From: Zancudomyces culisetae HAW-14-8
Taxonomy: Eukaryota > Fungi > Kickxellomycota
Reading direction: 5' to 3'
Assembly (NCBI GenBank): GCA_052426225.1
Contig: JBNJNM010000011.1
Location: 1,674,001-1,738,000 of the forward strand
Length of the DNA stretch: 64,000 nt
Shown here: one piece after another, positions 11,137 through 22,249 of the stretch
How positions within the stretch are numbered: the stretch's first letter is position 1
How the letters are laid out: every line of letters starts with the position of its first letter
Translations under genes and position numbers: made by a program
The notes under the pieces: generated by a model
The model's database searches: none
Told to the model about the DNA's origin: nothing
What the model saw: only the letters and a program-made list of their open reading frames with translations

Positions 11137-13763
11137 AACTGAAAAATTTTAACTTTATAATATTATATGCAAAACAGTGTTTTATTTATTATATGTAGAA
11201 TGTTTTTTTTGTATTATTGATATTATTGATTTAGGTATTTAATCAACATAGAATAAAGCACTTATATACGAGTTTTGATTATGTTAAATTAAAATAATTG
11301 ACAGTATACTACTGATTCAATCACATTCTACAATGCACAGATTAGGTACAAATAGCGAATGTAGCCTTTTAAATGGAATTCTTAAAAATATTTAGATATA
11401 AATACTGAGACCAGGCATGCTTGAATTCAGCAAAGTTGAAGAATTGCAACTATTACAAGTTCAGTTGTAAAAAAATAAAAGAAGTATGTGTCTTAATTAA
11501 CAGCAGAGGCTTTGAAACTGCTTTTTTTTTAAACCTCATTCAAATGAATATCAATGAGTGACATAACCTTTGTTGGTCGCACTTTACAAAAAAATTAACT
11601 AAAAAAAACAAATTTTAGGAGTTATACCGTCTCCACTTAGATGTAATGAAATAGTGCTTTTACACAGGTACAGGTATATGTATTGATACTCAGGTAGTCG
11701 TTAGTGTTGCAGAGCTATATCTTGAAGTTTTTACAAATAAAAATGAAATGCAATTATAACAAGGAAAAGTAAAGTATGAGAAATCAAATGCGAAAACTTG
11801 CTCGACTCTTCACGCTTGCCATCTCATTGAGAAACTACAAGTTTGATTGGAATAATGATGTTTGTGTAAATCAGTGTAATAAACCCGGAAACTTGGGTCT
11901 AAATCCATCAATATGTCGTCAGTAGTCTCTTATTTAGACACTGTTTTTTTTTTCTACTGCCTACTCTGGAATGATTCTACTTGGTATTTTTCTGTGAGAT
12001 TGAGACAATCACTTTTGTTTAGAAAAAAAATTTAGTTAATAAAATTTAAAACCAGCACAAAATTAAAAAAAAACCAACAATCGAGTATAATATAATTCTA
12101 ATAAGTGTGGAGAAAGAGATTTAGAAAGAGGCGGGTATGTAGACGAAAAAGTGAGTAATATATAACAATATTTTTAGGTGAAGGCAAGGGGGAGGGGGGG
12201 GAAGGGGAAGGGGAAGAGTGACTAAATTCTGGAACTGAAAAAAGCTATGCAAAGTCTAGAATAGAAATTAACATGACTAAATAGTGCTAAAAAAGAAGAA
12301 AAAAAACTTGCTTTAAGACCTATAATTCAAAACATCTTGAAATGTTTAAAACAAATACATTAAAGAACATCGGTTCTACTTGATGTAATATAATGTATAT
12401 TTTTTTGTGGTGTGGTGGTGCTTTTTAAAGTATTCAAAAACCATAAAATATATTTACAAATTCCAAGGAAAAACAACAGGCCCGAGGAATTAAAGTAGGA
12501 ATAGAATCATAGGATTTGGTAAATACACCCACTAGTATCGCTTTTGTCCTCGTGATGTGGGTATGGATATGGATATTGATATTGATATTAATGTACTAGA
12601 AGAGTAAAAAAAAAAGGATTAATAAATCCATGTAAAAGGGGTAAAACTCCAACAAGAATGAATAAAACATCAATAATTGTGAAATATTAGCATTTTTAAA
12701 TACACCTTTTTTATTAGCATACTGCTGTTATTACTATGAATCATACGTTGGGTGTTATTAATAACAACATTGAGATTTTGAGTTCTTTTAATATGTACTT
12801 TGCTACTTTGAACGAAAATAAAGAAAAAATAAAAGGAATTGTGAAAAGACATTGGTGTTTTTGTTTAGAGTGTTGGAGAAACTATTTCAAAAGCGCTATT
12901 TTTATCATTTACCAAAAATGTACTGATGAATGGGGAGGAAATCAGATAGGTTCGGAAAGAAAACCACCCCTTCCCCTTTCTCCTCCCCTTCATCTTCCCC
13001 TCCTCCTTCTGCTCCTCCATTATCATTATTACTCCCTACTTTTATCTTTGTTTTTTTTTTCCAGAGTTTATAGTTGGTTGAGATCTGTTCAATTAATAGC
13101 AAAACAAATTATTATCACTAGGGAAAAGCGTAGTTGAATATTATAATGGCGTGGAGTTGAGGTGGTAAAAGTTGTTTTGAAAAAGACGATTCTAATTGGA
13201 GAAAATAGAAAAAAAAAGATATTGCTGGTGTCTGTGAAAAATAAAAGACTTTGCGTTTGAGTGTTGAGTATTTATGCAAGAAACTGGAGGAATGGGTGAG
13301 TATATGGGTGCCAATACTAGTACTGTTACTGATATTGATACTGATTTTGATTTTGATGTGCAAATAGGTGTAGATGTGGATGTGGATGTGGATATTAGTT
13401 TATTAATAGGATATTGTAGACGAGAATAAAAGGACTTTAATTCCAATTTGTATAACTGATCCTAAAAGTTCCTGTTTCCATTGTATACATTAAAAAAGTA
13501 GAATAAATAAATATTAACCAAATAGTGTATATTGAAGCTGAGAAAGAATATCCTACAATTTTTATCGATTAAAAATACTAATAGAACAGAGGGAAAAGGA
13601 AAAAAGCAAGAGCAAAAAATACCACTCTACTAGATAATTTAAAAAAGAAAAGCTATATTGTATCAACAAGTTTAAAATAATAGTTATAATAAGAATAAGA
13701 GTAAGAGTAAGAACACGCTAGAATCTTACTAAACAAAAAAAAAACAGAACAGAACAGAACAAA

Positions 13764-14909
13764 ATGAACAAGTACGAGGGGAAAAGAGTGTTTACTTCAC
13801 TAAATAAAAAATCAACAACCAAAAAAGAGCTAGCTACCATAGCAACAGCTACATTTGTTGTGGCTCTGCTACTAGTATTTGCAAAAATAACTAGCAGTGG
13901 CGACCACCACGGAGCAATTTTTGGTCGAAGGAGGGGCGGCGGTGTGCGAGATGCATTCGATATAGAAAAATACTCCAAACTCCGAAAGAGCAATGAATAT
14001 AGTCGATTCGAACACATAGTTTCGTTTGGTGACGCAGCTTCAGATATAGGCAACTATTTGCGAATTTCAAGACAAGTCAAGGCGGCACTAGCAGGCCGGG
14101 TAGGAGCAACAGTAATGGAAGCTGGAAAGGGAGTAAATGGAGAGCAAATTAGTGCAAAGAACTACAATAAAGGACGGTTTAGTGAAGCAAAGATATGGAT
14201 AGATCATCTTTCAGATGCATTTGGGGCAAAGATAATCAGTTATGCTACTGGATATTCAACAGTCAATCGAGAGTGGATAATAAATGGTGGTAAAGGATAC
14301 ATTCCAGGGTTACGACAACAGGTAGAAGCATATGTATCACAAGCAGTACTAAACCCACTTTCATCAAACACAACATTATATACAGTATGGGCGGGTGCAA
14401 ATGATTTGGCAGGGATTTCAATTCCAGAATGGCACAAGAAGAAACCACACTATACAATCAAAAATGTGTTGAATGATATGATCGAAAGTGTGCAGATATT
14501 GATAGACCATCCAAATGTTCGTGCAAAAAATATTTTGTTTCTATCTGTGATTCCCGCAGATATATCGCCATTTATTTTAAACTTACCACAAGACGTCAAA
14601 CAGGTTGTACAACACAATACCAATACACTCAATGCATACTACCCAATTGCACTGGGCCCATTGATGGTAAACGACAAGATTAAGTTTAGGTTTTATGATG
14701 CCTACGGGTTTTTGACCAAGATGGCAGATAGCCACAAGAAATACAACCTGCTGTCACCAACTCTACCATGTATCTTGAGCCCTAGTCGAAAATGTAACAA
14801 TCCACACGAGTTCTTTTGGTATGACCAGTCACATATTGGAAGCACTACGCACCTACACATGGCCATTGATATAATTCAAAAGGAATTCCCAGAAGCTGTT
14901 GTTGGATAA
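13764..14909 (+). CDS. GDSL/SGNH lipase-acylhydrolase family protein with N-terminal membrane anchor; catalytic Ser apparently replaced by Ala
   Basis: Block I FGDAASDIGN, GRFS, block III WAGAND, block V WYDQSH. Hydrophobic segment LATIATATFVVALLLVFA. Confidence 0.85.
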   Translation: MNKYEGKRVFTSLNKKSTTKKELATIATATFVVALLLVFAKITSSGDHHGAIFGRRRGGGVRDAFDIEKYSKLRKSNEYSRFEHIVSFGDAASDIGNYLRISRQVKAALAGRVGATVMEAGKGVNGEQISAKNYNKGRFSEAKIWIDHLSDAFGAKIISYATGYSTVNREWIINGGKGYIPGLRQQVEAYVSQAVLNPLSSNTTLYTVWAGANDLAGISIPEWHKKKPHYTIKNVLNDMIESVQILIDHPNVRAKNILFLSVIPADISPFILNLPQDVKQVVQHNTNTLNAYYPIALGPLMVNDKIKFRFYDAYGFLTKMADSHKKYNLLSPTLPCILSPSRKCNNPHEFFWYDQSHIGSTTHLHMAIDIIQKEFPEAVVG

Positions 14910-15584
14910 AGTTTATTTTGAGGGATATTATGAATATATGAAATCGGGTTATTAAAACTATTATATTTTTAAAAGTACTACTATATTATTATTCTTCTTC
15001 TTCTTCATCTTCTTATTCTTATTGTTCTTGATTTCGTTCATGTTGAAAATCTGTTTTATTACCATTACAGAATTTTTTTAAAATAATAAATAATTAATAT
15101 AAAAAAATATCATGCTATTTTTTGTTTATCCAGAAAATGGTATATTATCATGTACAACGGTTAGGAAGAAGGGAAATAAGGATGGATATCAGATTAATGG
15201 TTCTTTTTTCAACATATTTTCTACATTATGTAACTTTGCGTGTATGTATATATTCATAATAGGACTGGGGGGGGGGGGGGGTTGTTTAGAAAAATAACAT
15301 AAATACTCTAGTCTTTAAACTTGATTTCCATTTGTTATTACCTTGAAAATAAAAAATAAAAATAAAAAAAATTTTTTTTTTATTTAATCCTATTAGCGGA
15401 AAATGAAATTATAATTTAAAAAAATGCTATAATAATGTATAGTAAACTGTGCAATGATATAAATGCTAAAATATAATATATTGAACTTTTTTTATTATCA
15501 CACTTGAGAATTAAGTATATGATAAATATATATTGTATCAAAGATAGAAATTCGTAATAGAAAAAAATAAAAAATCTGGAGGTA

Positions 15585-17352
15585 ATGGACGGATATAAAA
15601 AACGGGAATTCATTCCCTTGGTTAAACCACATCAGGCTCAAGATACAACGATAGAAACTGGCTTTAACAATCAGCATAAATTGAAATGCAGTAATACCAA
15701 TAATGGCAAGTGCGGTGGTTGTGATAATGTGCAGTGTAATGGAAATGAATCCTGTTGTAAAGAATCTGCCGCCGAAAATGGCTGTGGCTGTGACCGTGAC
15801 TGTAGCTGCGACAATGATATTGATGTTGATATTGATAGTGATGGTGATAAAGGCGAATACGACGGGTATAAAAAAGTTACCAGTTTTTCGATAATGACAT
15901 ATAATGTAAGTAGTATATTTGATATCAAATAAATGCTCTGGGAGGGAGAGAAAGAACGAGGGTTTGTAAAAAAAAAAATGAACCGAAACGAAATGAAATA
16001 AAAAATAAAATAAAAAATAAAATAAAACAAAATAGATACTAAATCAAAAGAATATTCATCGGCACATGTTTCCATATGCAAGTTCAAAGGCATTAAAGTT
16101 GAAACATCGAAAGAAACGGTTAATAGGGGAGTTGAAACACTGGAATAGTGATATTGTGGCATTACAAGAGCTGAATTGGGAGCTTTTACATGGGGATGGG
16201 GAGTTTCAGAATTCGTTATTGCTTTCACCACCTAGTAGAACTGGGAGAGGAGGAGGAGGGGAATGTGGGAGCAGTGCAGGGAGTATGAGTGGGGTGTATG
16301 GATGGGAGTATTTGAAGAGTGAGTATAAGAGTCATGGAGTAGGAATATTGTATAAACGGAAAAAATTTAGGGTGGCTAAAGTAGAAAGAATAAATTTGAA
16401 CATTCCACAGCAAGACATAGAAGAAATGAACAGTTTAACACATAAAGATGAAGAATATCATACAGATAATGTGGCATTGATAGTAGTTTTGGAATTAATC
16501 AAGGATGGAACCAAAAAGGAAATAACAATGGAAACAAAACAAAAAGAACTGGAACATGAACTTGAAAACAAAAAAAGAGCAGGAGTAATAGTGGCAACAA
16601 CGCATTTATTTTGGCGGCCAGAGGCGGCGTATATTAGATTACACCAGACAATGAAAATAATGAACAGGCTAAAAGCGCTACAGAGTGAGGGGGAGGAAGG
16701 AGATTGGGGGAGGTATAAAGGGTTTCAAGTGGTACTTACGGGAGACTTCAATACAACACCGGATGATACGTTGTATACGATATTGACGGAACCAAATAGC
16801 TATATCAATCGACAACAGCATAATCTGAGTGATGAGCAAATCACACAGTTGTTGCCAGTGAAGTATGTGGATAGTGATAGTGGAGAATTGGTGGAATGTG
16901 AAAGTGCGGATATTCGGCGGTATAGTCAAGACAGTGAACAGTTGGCGGAAAAGCTGGAGATAGCAGAGAAGGAGTTGGAGCAAGATTATAAACATATCCA
17001 TGATATTTTGGAGAAATATACAAAGGAGTATGGGGGACAAGGGTACTGGTTTGACAGTATGTATGGGAAATATGCATTATACGATCCGACGTATTTGCAG
17101 ACACAAATAAGATATCCAGATGGATGTTATGAACCAAAATATACAAACTATACAAACTGGAAAGGTACATTGGATTATATTTTGGTAAAGCGGAATACGA
17201 ACGAAGAAAGAGAATATGATTACAAGACAGAAAAGATTTTATCGCTACCAAGTGAAAAGTATTTGAAACCAGGATTGCCTAATGAACAGTTCGGAAGTGA
17301 CCATATGAGTTTGGTAGGAGTTATAGGAGTATATAAAGAAAGAAAAAACTAG
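15585..17352 (+). CDS. EEP-family (CCR4/Ngl/Angel-like) RNA exonuclease/phosphatase, 2 exons (15585-15905, 16037-17352)
   Basis: Splicing at GTAAGT...AATAG joins FSIMTYN to ILNQKNIHRHMFPY. Also present: DIVALQE, VATTHLFWRP, LTGDFNTTP, YTNYTNWKGTLDYI, GSDHMSL. Confidence 0.9.
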
Positions 17353-17375
17353 AAACAAGAAGAGGAAAAAAAGGA

Positions 17376-19604
17376 TTATTGAGTAATAAAGGAAAGATCA
17401 CTTTTGCCATCACTAGAAATACTAAGAATACTGCTTGGATTGCTAATAGTAGTATTTGAGTTTGAGTTTGAGTTTGAGTTTGGTATGGAAAATTGGGTAG
17501 GAGTATCAGTTGAATGAGGATAATAGTTAGTAATAAAGGGATGGGAGATTGCTTCAAAGGGATCCATACGTTTTGAAGGGTCAAGTTGTAGTAGACGAGT
17601 AAGGAAATCAAGCAAGACAAGACGAGAACGAGACTCGATTTCAAGTTCGTGAGGTAGAAGAGAGTCCTTAAAGGGATGATTGAGAATTAGATCGGGAAGG
17701 TTGGAAAAGGCAAAATGATCAGTACCAACTAAAGAAGAAGTATTATTGGTGGTATTAGTATTATTGGTGGTATTAGTATTATTGGTGGTATTAGTATTAG
17801 TGTTATTGGTGGTATTGGTGGTATTGGTGGTGGTAGTAGAGGAGGAGGAGAAGGAGAAGGAGGGATCTAAGTTTAGGTTTGGATTTAGACTTGGGTTTAG
17901 GTTTGGATTTAGACTTGGATTTGGGTTTGGGTTTGGGTTTGGGTTTAAATTAGAGGCAGAGTATTCAAAAGGAGTTTTGAGTCTCCAGGAATCAAAACTA
18001 ATACGTTTGTAATAAACAGTAGCTTTTCTTGAAAGAGCCAAGACAGAGGTAGAAGGGACACCAAAGAACATAGTGATACGGCGGATCTGATCATATTCAG
18101 AAGTGCCAGGCAGTAGCGGCAGGCCCAGAAACAGTTCAGCGACAATGCAGCCTAGCGACCACATATCGATAGCAGCACCGTATTCCATTTCCAGGAGGAC
18201 TTCGGGGGCACGGTAGAAACGAGATTGGATGTAAGAGTATTTTGTTTTATCTTCAAAGCAGGCAGAACCAAAGTCGATGATTTTGACGGAAGGAAGTTGC
18301 AGGTGGCGCAACAAAATGTTTTCGGGCTTGAGGTCAGCATGGATGATTTTGGCTTGTTTTAAGACACACAGGCCATCGAGAATTTGACGAGTAAAGACAC
18401 GGATTAGGTTTGTTGATAGGCCGCGGTAGTTGTTTTGTTTGGTTAGTTCGTATAGATTGATGGACATTAATTCACTTACAATACACAAATGGTTACGAAA
18501 CATAAAGTGTTCTCGCATAACCAGGAAATGGTGCTGGTCAAAGCAATCGTATTCGTTGTTAAGCATATTCAGTACCTGCACTTCGACCATGCTTTGCAGA
18601 TAGTAAGCCTTTTCGTTTTTGACTACTTTGACTGCATACATGTCACCAGTGTCCAAATCTTCACATTTGACTACTTGGCCAAACGTTCCACTGCCTAGAC
18701 TCTCTAGAATGCGGTATTTCTCGCCTATAATATCATCAACATACAGAATATAGTCTGAATCCTCGTTGTCATATCCATCGTTTTGCACACCATCGCTCGG
18801 CTTGGTCAGAGCACGTCGCGGCCGCATTTCTTGTCGGTAGCTGAACTGTTCGTTGACTTGTTGGTACATCCGCACCAGCCCCATTGTAAGTCGCTTCGTT
18901 GGGTTTTCGTTATTATACACTTCCCGCTGCTCCTGCTCTTGCATTTCTCTAATTCGTCTCTCCCGTTCTCTACGCCTGTCCTCTCGCCTCCGAACCACAT
19001 TCCGTCGACTCTCACTCGCCATCCGCACAAACATTTCTCCCGTAATCACTCCCTTACCTCCTTTGTTTGTCATTTCCTGTACCACTCGATTCATCTGCTT
19101 CTGTAGTTCTTTTCTATCCACCTCTTCCCTTCCCTTTCCCCTTTCTCTTTCTCTTTCTCTTTCTCTTTCTCTTTCTGTTTCTGTTTCTGTTTCTCTTTCC
19201 CTTTCCTTCTCTACTCTCTCTTTAGTCTCCTTGATTTCTTCAATGAGCCCTTTTAATCCTCCCTTTTGTTTTTCAAACTTTTCTTCTATATTTCTTACTC
19301 TTTTATTTTCTTTTACATGATATTCAAATCCTGTATTTGCTGCTTCTTTTTTGAGTCTATCTTCAATTTCCATCCCTCCATTACCTCCTCCACTACATCC
19401 TCCACTACCTCCACCGATTATCCCCATCCTTACTCCTCCAAACTCTTCCTCCATCCTTCCTATTCCTCGTCTCTCCTTTTGTTGTTGCCCCATATCCATT
19501 CTATATTCGTATTTAGGTCCCATCATATATCTCCCCCTAATTATATCCTCAAGCGTACAATTCATCCCTTCCCCTCCCATGTCTATTCTATTCTCTAGTT
19601 CCAT
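17376..19604 (-). CDS. YAK1: DYRK-family protein kinase Yak1
   Basis: Motifs NDGYDNEDSDYILYV, LGSGTFGQVVKC, HADLKPENILL, IIDFGSAC, YSYIQSRFYRAPEV (YxY activation loop). Confidence 0.92.
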   Translation of the reverse strand: MELENRIDMGGEGMNCTLEDIIRGRYMMGPKYEYRMDMGQQQKERRGIGRMEEEFGGVRMGIIGGGSGGCSGGGNGGMEIEDRLKKEAANTGFEYHVKENKRVRNIEEKFEKQKGGLKGLIEEIKETKERVEKERERETETETERERERERERERGKGREEVDRKELQKQMNRVVQEMTNKGGKGVITGEMFVRMASESRRNVVRRREDRRRERERRIREMQEQEQREVYNNENPTKRLTMGLVRMYQQVNEQFSYRQEMRPRRALTKPSDGVQNDGYDNEDSDYILYVDDIIGEKYRILESLGSGTFGQVVKCEDLDTGDMYAVKVVKNEKAYYLQSMVEVQVLNMLNNEYDCFDQHHFLVMREHFMFRNHLCIVSELMSINLYELTKQNNYRGLSTNLIRVFTRQILDGLCVLKQAKIIHADLKPENILLRHLQLPSVKIIDFGSACFEDKTKYSYIQSRFYRAPEVLLEMEYGAAIDMWSLGCIVAELFLGLPLLPGTSEYDQIRRITMFFGVPSTSVLALSRKATVYYKRISFDSWRLKTPFEYSASNLNPNPNPNPNPSLNPNLNPSLNPNLNLDPSFSFSSSSTTTTNTTNTTNNTNTNTTNNTNTTNNTNTTNNTSSLVGTDHFAFSNLPDLILNHPFKDSLLPHELEIESRSRLVLLDFLTRLLQLDPSKRMDPFEAISHPFITNYYPHSTDTPTQFSIPNSNSNSNSNTTISNPSSILSISSDGKSDLSFITQ
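17742..17946. repeat. Coding microsatellites in Yak1: (TNTTNN)n and (NP/NL)n, including (TTTGGG)4
   Basis: Tandem 18-nt and 6-nt units are directly visible. Confidence 0.9.
19128..19206. repeat. Hexamer repeat (TCTCTT/TCTGTT)n encoding (ER)n/(ET)n in Yak1
   Basis: Directly visible tandem repeat. Confidence 0.9.
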
Positions 19605-22221
19605 TCTTTTCTTTATTTTTCTCTATTTTATATATTCAACCTGTTTCTCACTATATATTATACTTGTCCCTAGTATGATCTTTCTTTTTAATTAAATATT
19701 TCTCTATTATTTACACTCTTTACTCCCTCTTCTTATCCTCCTACTCTTTCTTGTTTTTTTTGTTTGTTCGTTTATAAGCTTATTTGTGCTGAAAAAAATT
19801 AATAGTTCAATTCAAATACAACTCGAAAAAATACCAATAGTTTCCCCTATTTCTTATTCTTCACTCTCCTCACTTTTGAATTTATTGTTTTCTTCTTCGA
19901 TTCTTAAGATTGTACACACAATTCGTTGTCTATTTTCAAATCTTATCACCTATGTGTGTATTTGTGTATATTTTTTTTTCGAAGCTAGTAATTTCCGTAC
20001 CTTAATTGTGGTGTTGAATTAATTCTCATTTTATCTCTACTCTTTCTCTTTTTCAATCCACCCCTTTTCTTTCTATACTTATATTCCTATTTCTATTTGT
20101 TGTATCTGTTTCAGCTTTCCTCTTGTTTTTTTTTTACTGCTAGTCTTCAAAAAGAAAAAGTATTTAAATTTGTCTTTTCTTTTTTACTGCTATTTTTCCT
20201 CCTTGTTGATTATTAATGTACAAAATGATAATGTGTAATAACAAAACAATTCTCTCTAAAATCACTCGAGTCCGCTTATCCTCTTTTATTTTTTCTTAAT
20301 ACTCTTTGTATTTCGATCGAAATTCTACTATTTTCACTAGATCGATTGTTTGTAATTTTCCTTTACCTAGTTCTTTTTATTCTACAATTTAAATGGTCAT
20401 GACATTTGAGAGAACTTTTTCGTCTGAGCATAGAAACCCTATTTACACTTCCAAGTCTATTCCTCGAGCTTGTGACCGTTTTTTTTTTAAAAAAGCCTTT
20501 ATCCCACTTGTCTTATCGGTGTACCTAGCTTCGAAATTCCTTTACTAAAACAGAATATGCAAGTTGTTGAAAAAAAAGCTTATTTTTTAATATAACAAGA
20601 GAATTGTCTAGTAATAAATTTTGTGAAGTATGGATTTTTTCCACTATTCATTCAATTTGCCGAATTTTTTTTTTTTTTACATGCCAATTTGAATATAATT
20701 GTTTTGAATTGTTGATTATTTTTATTCTAATTCACATTTATTTATAATATAATTTGGTTTGATTGTTTACGAAAATCCTAAAATTAGTTTTTAATTTTAT
20801 TTTTCAATTACTCATTTACATAAAAAATTTTTTTTCTTGTCTTGTTTTGTTACTAATATTGAAAATTAATACTAGATCCACCATGGAAATAAATAAAATA
20901 ATATAATATAATAAAAAACTAGCGCTAAAAGCTCAATGTTTTATTTCCGTCATTACTTGGAAATTCGTGATTTCAATGAATCAAACCTTTTATATATATA
21001 CATTTATATATATAATGGGATTTTTATTTTTATTTTTTACGTATAATTTTGTAATACCTGAACACTAGTATGTTATTTTTACATACTAGTAAAAGAAATG
21101 CTCTATTTTTTTTTGTTTATTTTTCCAGTGTAGTAGAAAAGAACTAGATACCAACAACGTGTACATGATACATGGTACATGTGTATTGGGAATACTGTTG
21201 AAGTGAATCACTGATATGTATAAAATTTGTATTACATTACATTTCTGCAATCTGAATGTATTTTTTTTTTATACCTTGTTTGTCATTTCTGTATCTATAA
21301 CTTATAGCTTGTAACATGGTATAAATGTTTAATCATTTACTTTTAAATATTGTTCCCCATACAAACAGTAAAATGAATATGTACACATATAAAGAATATA
21401 TATACTCCCCAAAGTCAAACCAAAGTTGGTAGAAATGACTTTTATTTTTGATTTGATGATCAATAATTTAAAATATTCCCAGGTTAGTGTAAAACTGGCA
21501 ATTTAGAATTCACATCACCACCCCACCACCCCACCCCCCATCACCCGCTTTATTCGGCTCTTAGTTTCTTTGATATGTACAATACATGAACTTGTAAAAC
21601 CAACACATTTACTTTGCTTTTGCTTTTGTATTTTGTATTTGTATTTTATTCAGATTTGATGGTATTAAAAGTATGATATAGCTATACTAGACTTCTTTTT
21701 TTACAAGAAAATAAAAGAAAGGGGATGTGACAAAATACAACGAGTGACAAGTAACCTTTATTTATAGCAGTTAAAGAATCATACAAACTTCTTTTTTTTT
21801 TCATCATAGTATTAGTCAGTTACCTGAATCAACAAGGTTCTAATGCTTGAACACCAAAAAAAAACAAGTTTAAATATTTTTTTCTTTATTTTTTTTTTTA
21901 CCAAAACATTTATCAGCATTTAATATCTACACTAGAATTTAGTGCTACAACTTTACTTTTACTTTTTCTTTTTCTTTTTCATGTTTATCTCTTTGGTAGT
22001 AGTATTTTTACATACTATTTAATCATATTTATATTCGAGATTCTTCAAGTACTGAATAAACAAAAGTATCGAGAAGCGGGAGGGAGGGGGGGGGGAGGGC
22101 AGAAGGGTAGGAAAAGAAGGACGGTAGTTTTAGTAGATAAAAATATTGAATAAAATAAATACAATCAATCAGTCTGTATATAACTGGGCCTAGTGAAACA
22201 TATCTATAATCTTTGAGGCTA

Positions 22222-22249
22222 CATTAATCATTAATCATTAATCATTAAT
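22222..22249. repeat. (CATTAAT)4 heptamer tandem repeat, intergenic
   Basis: cattaatcattaatcattaatcattaat. Confidence 0.85.
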
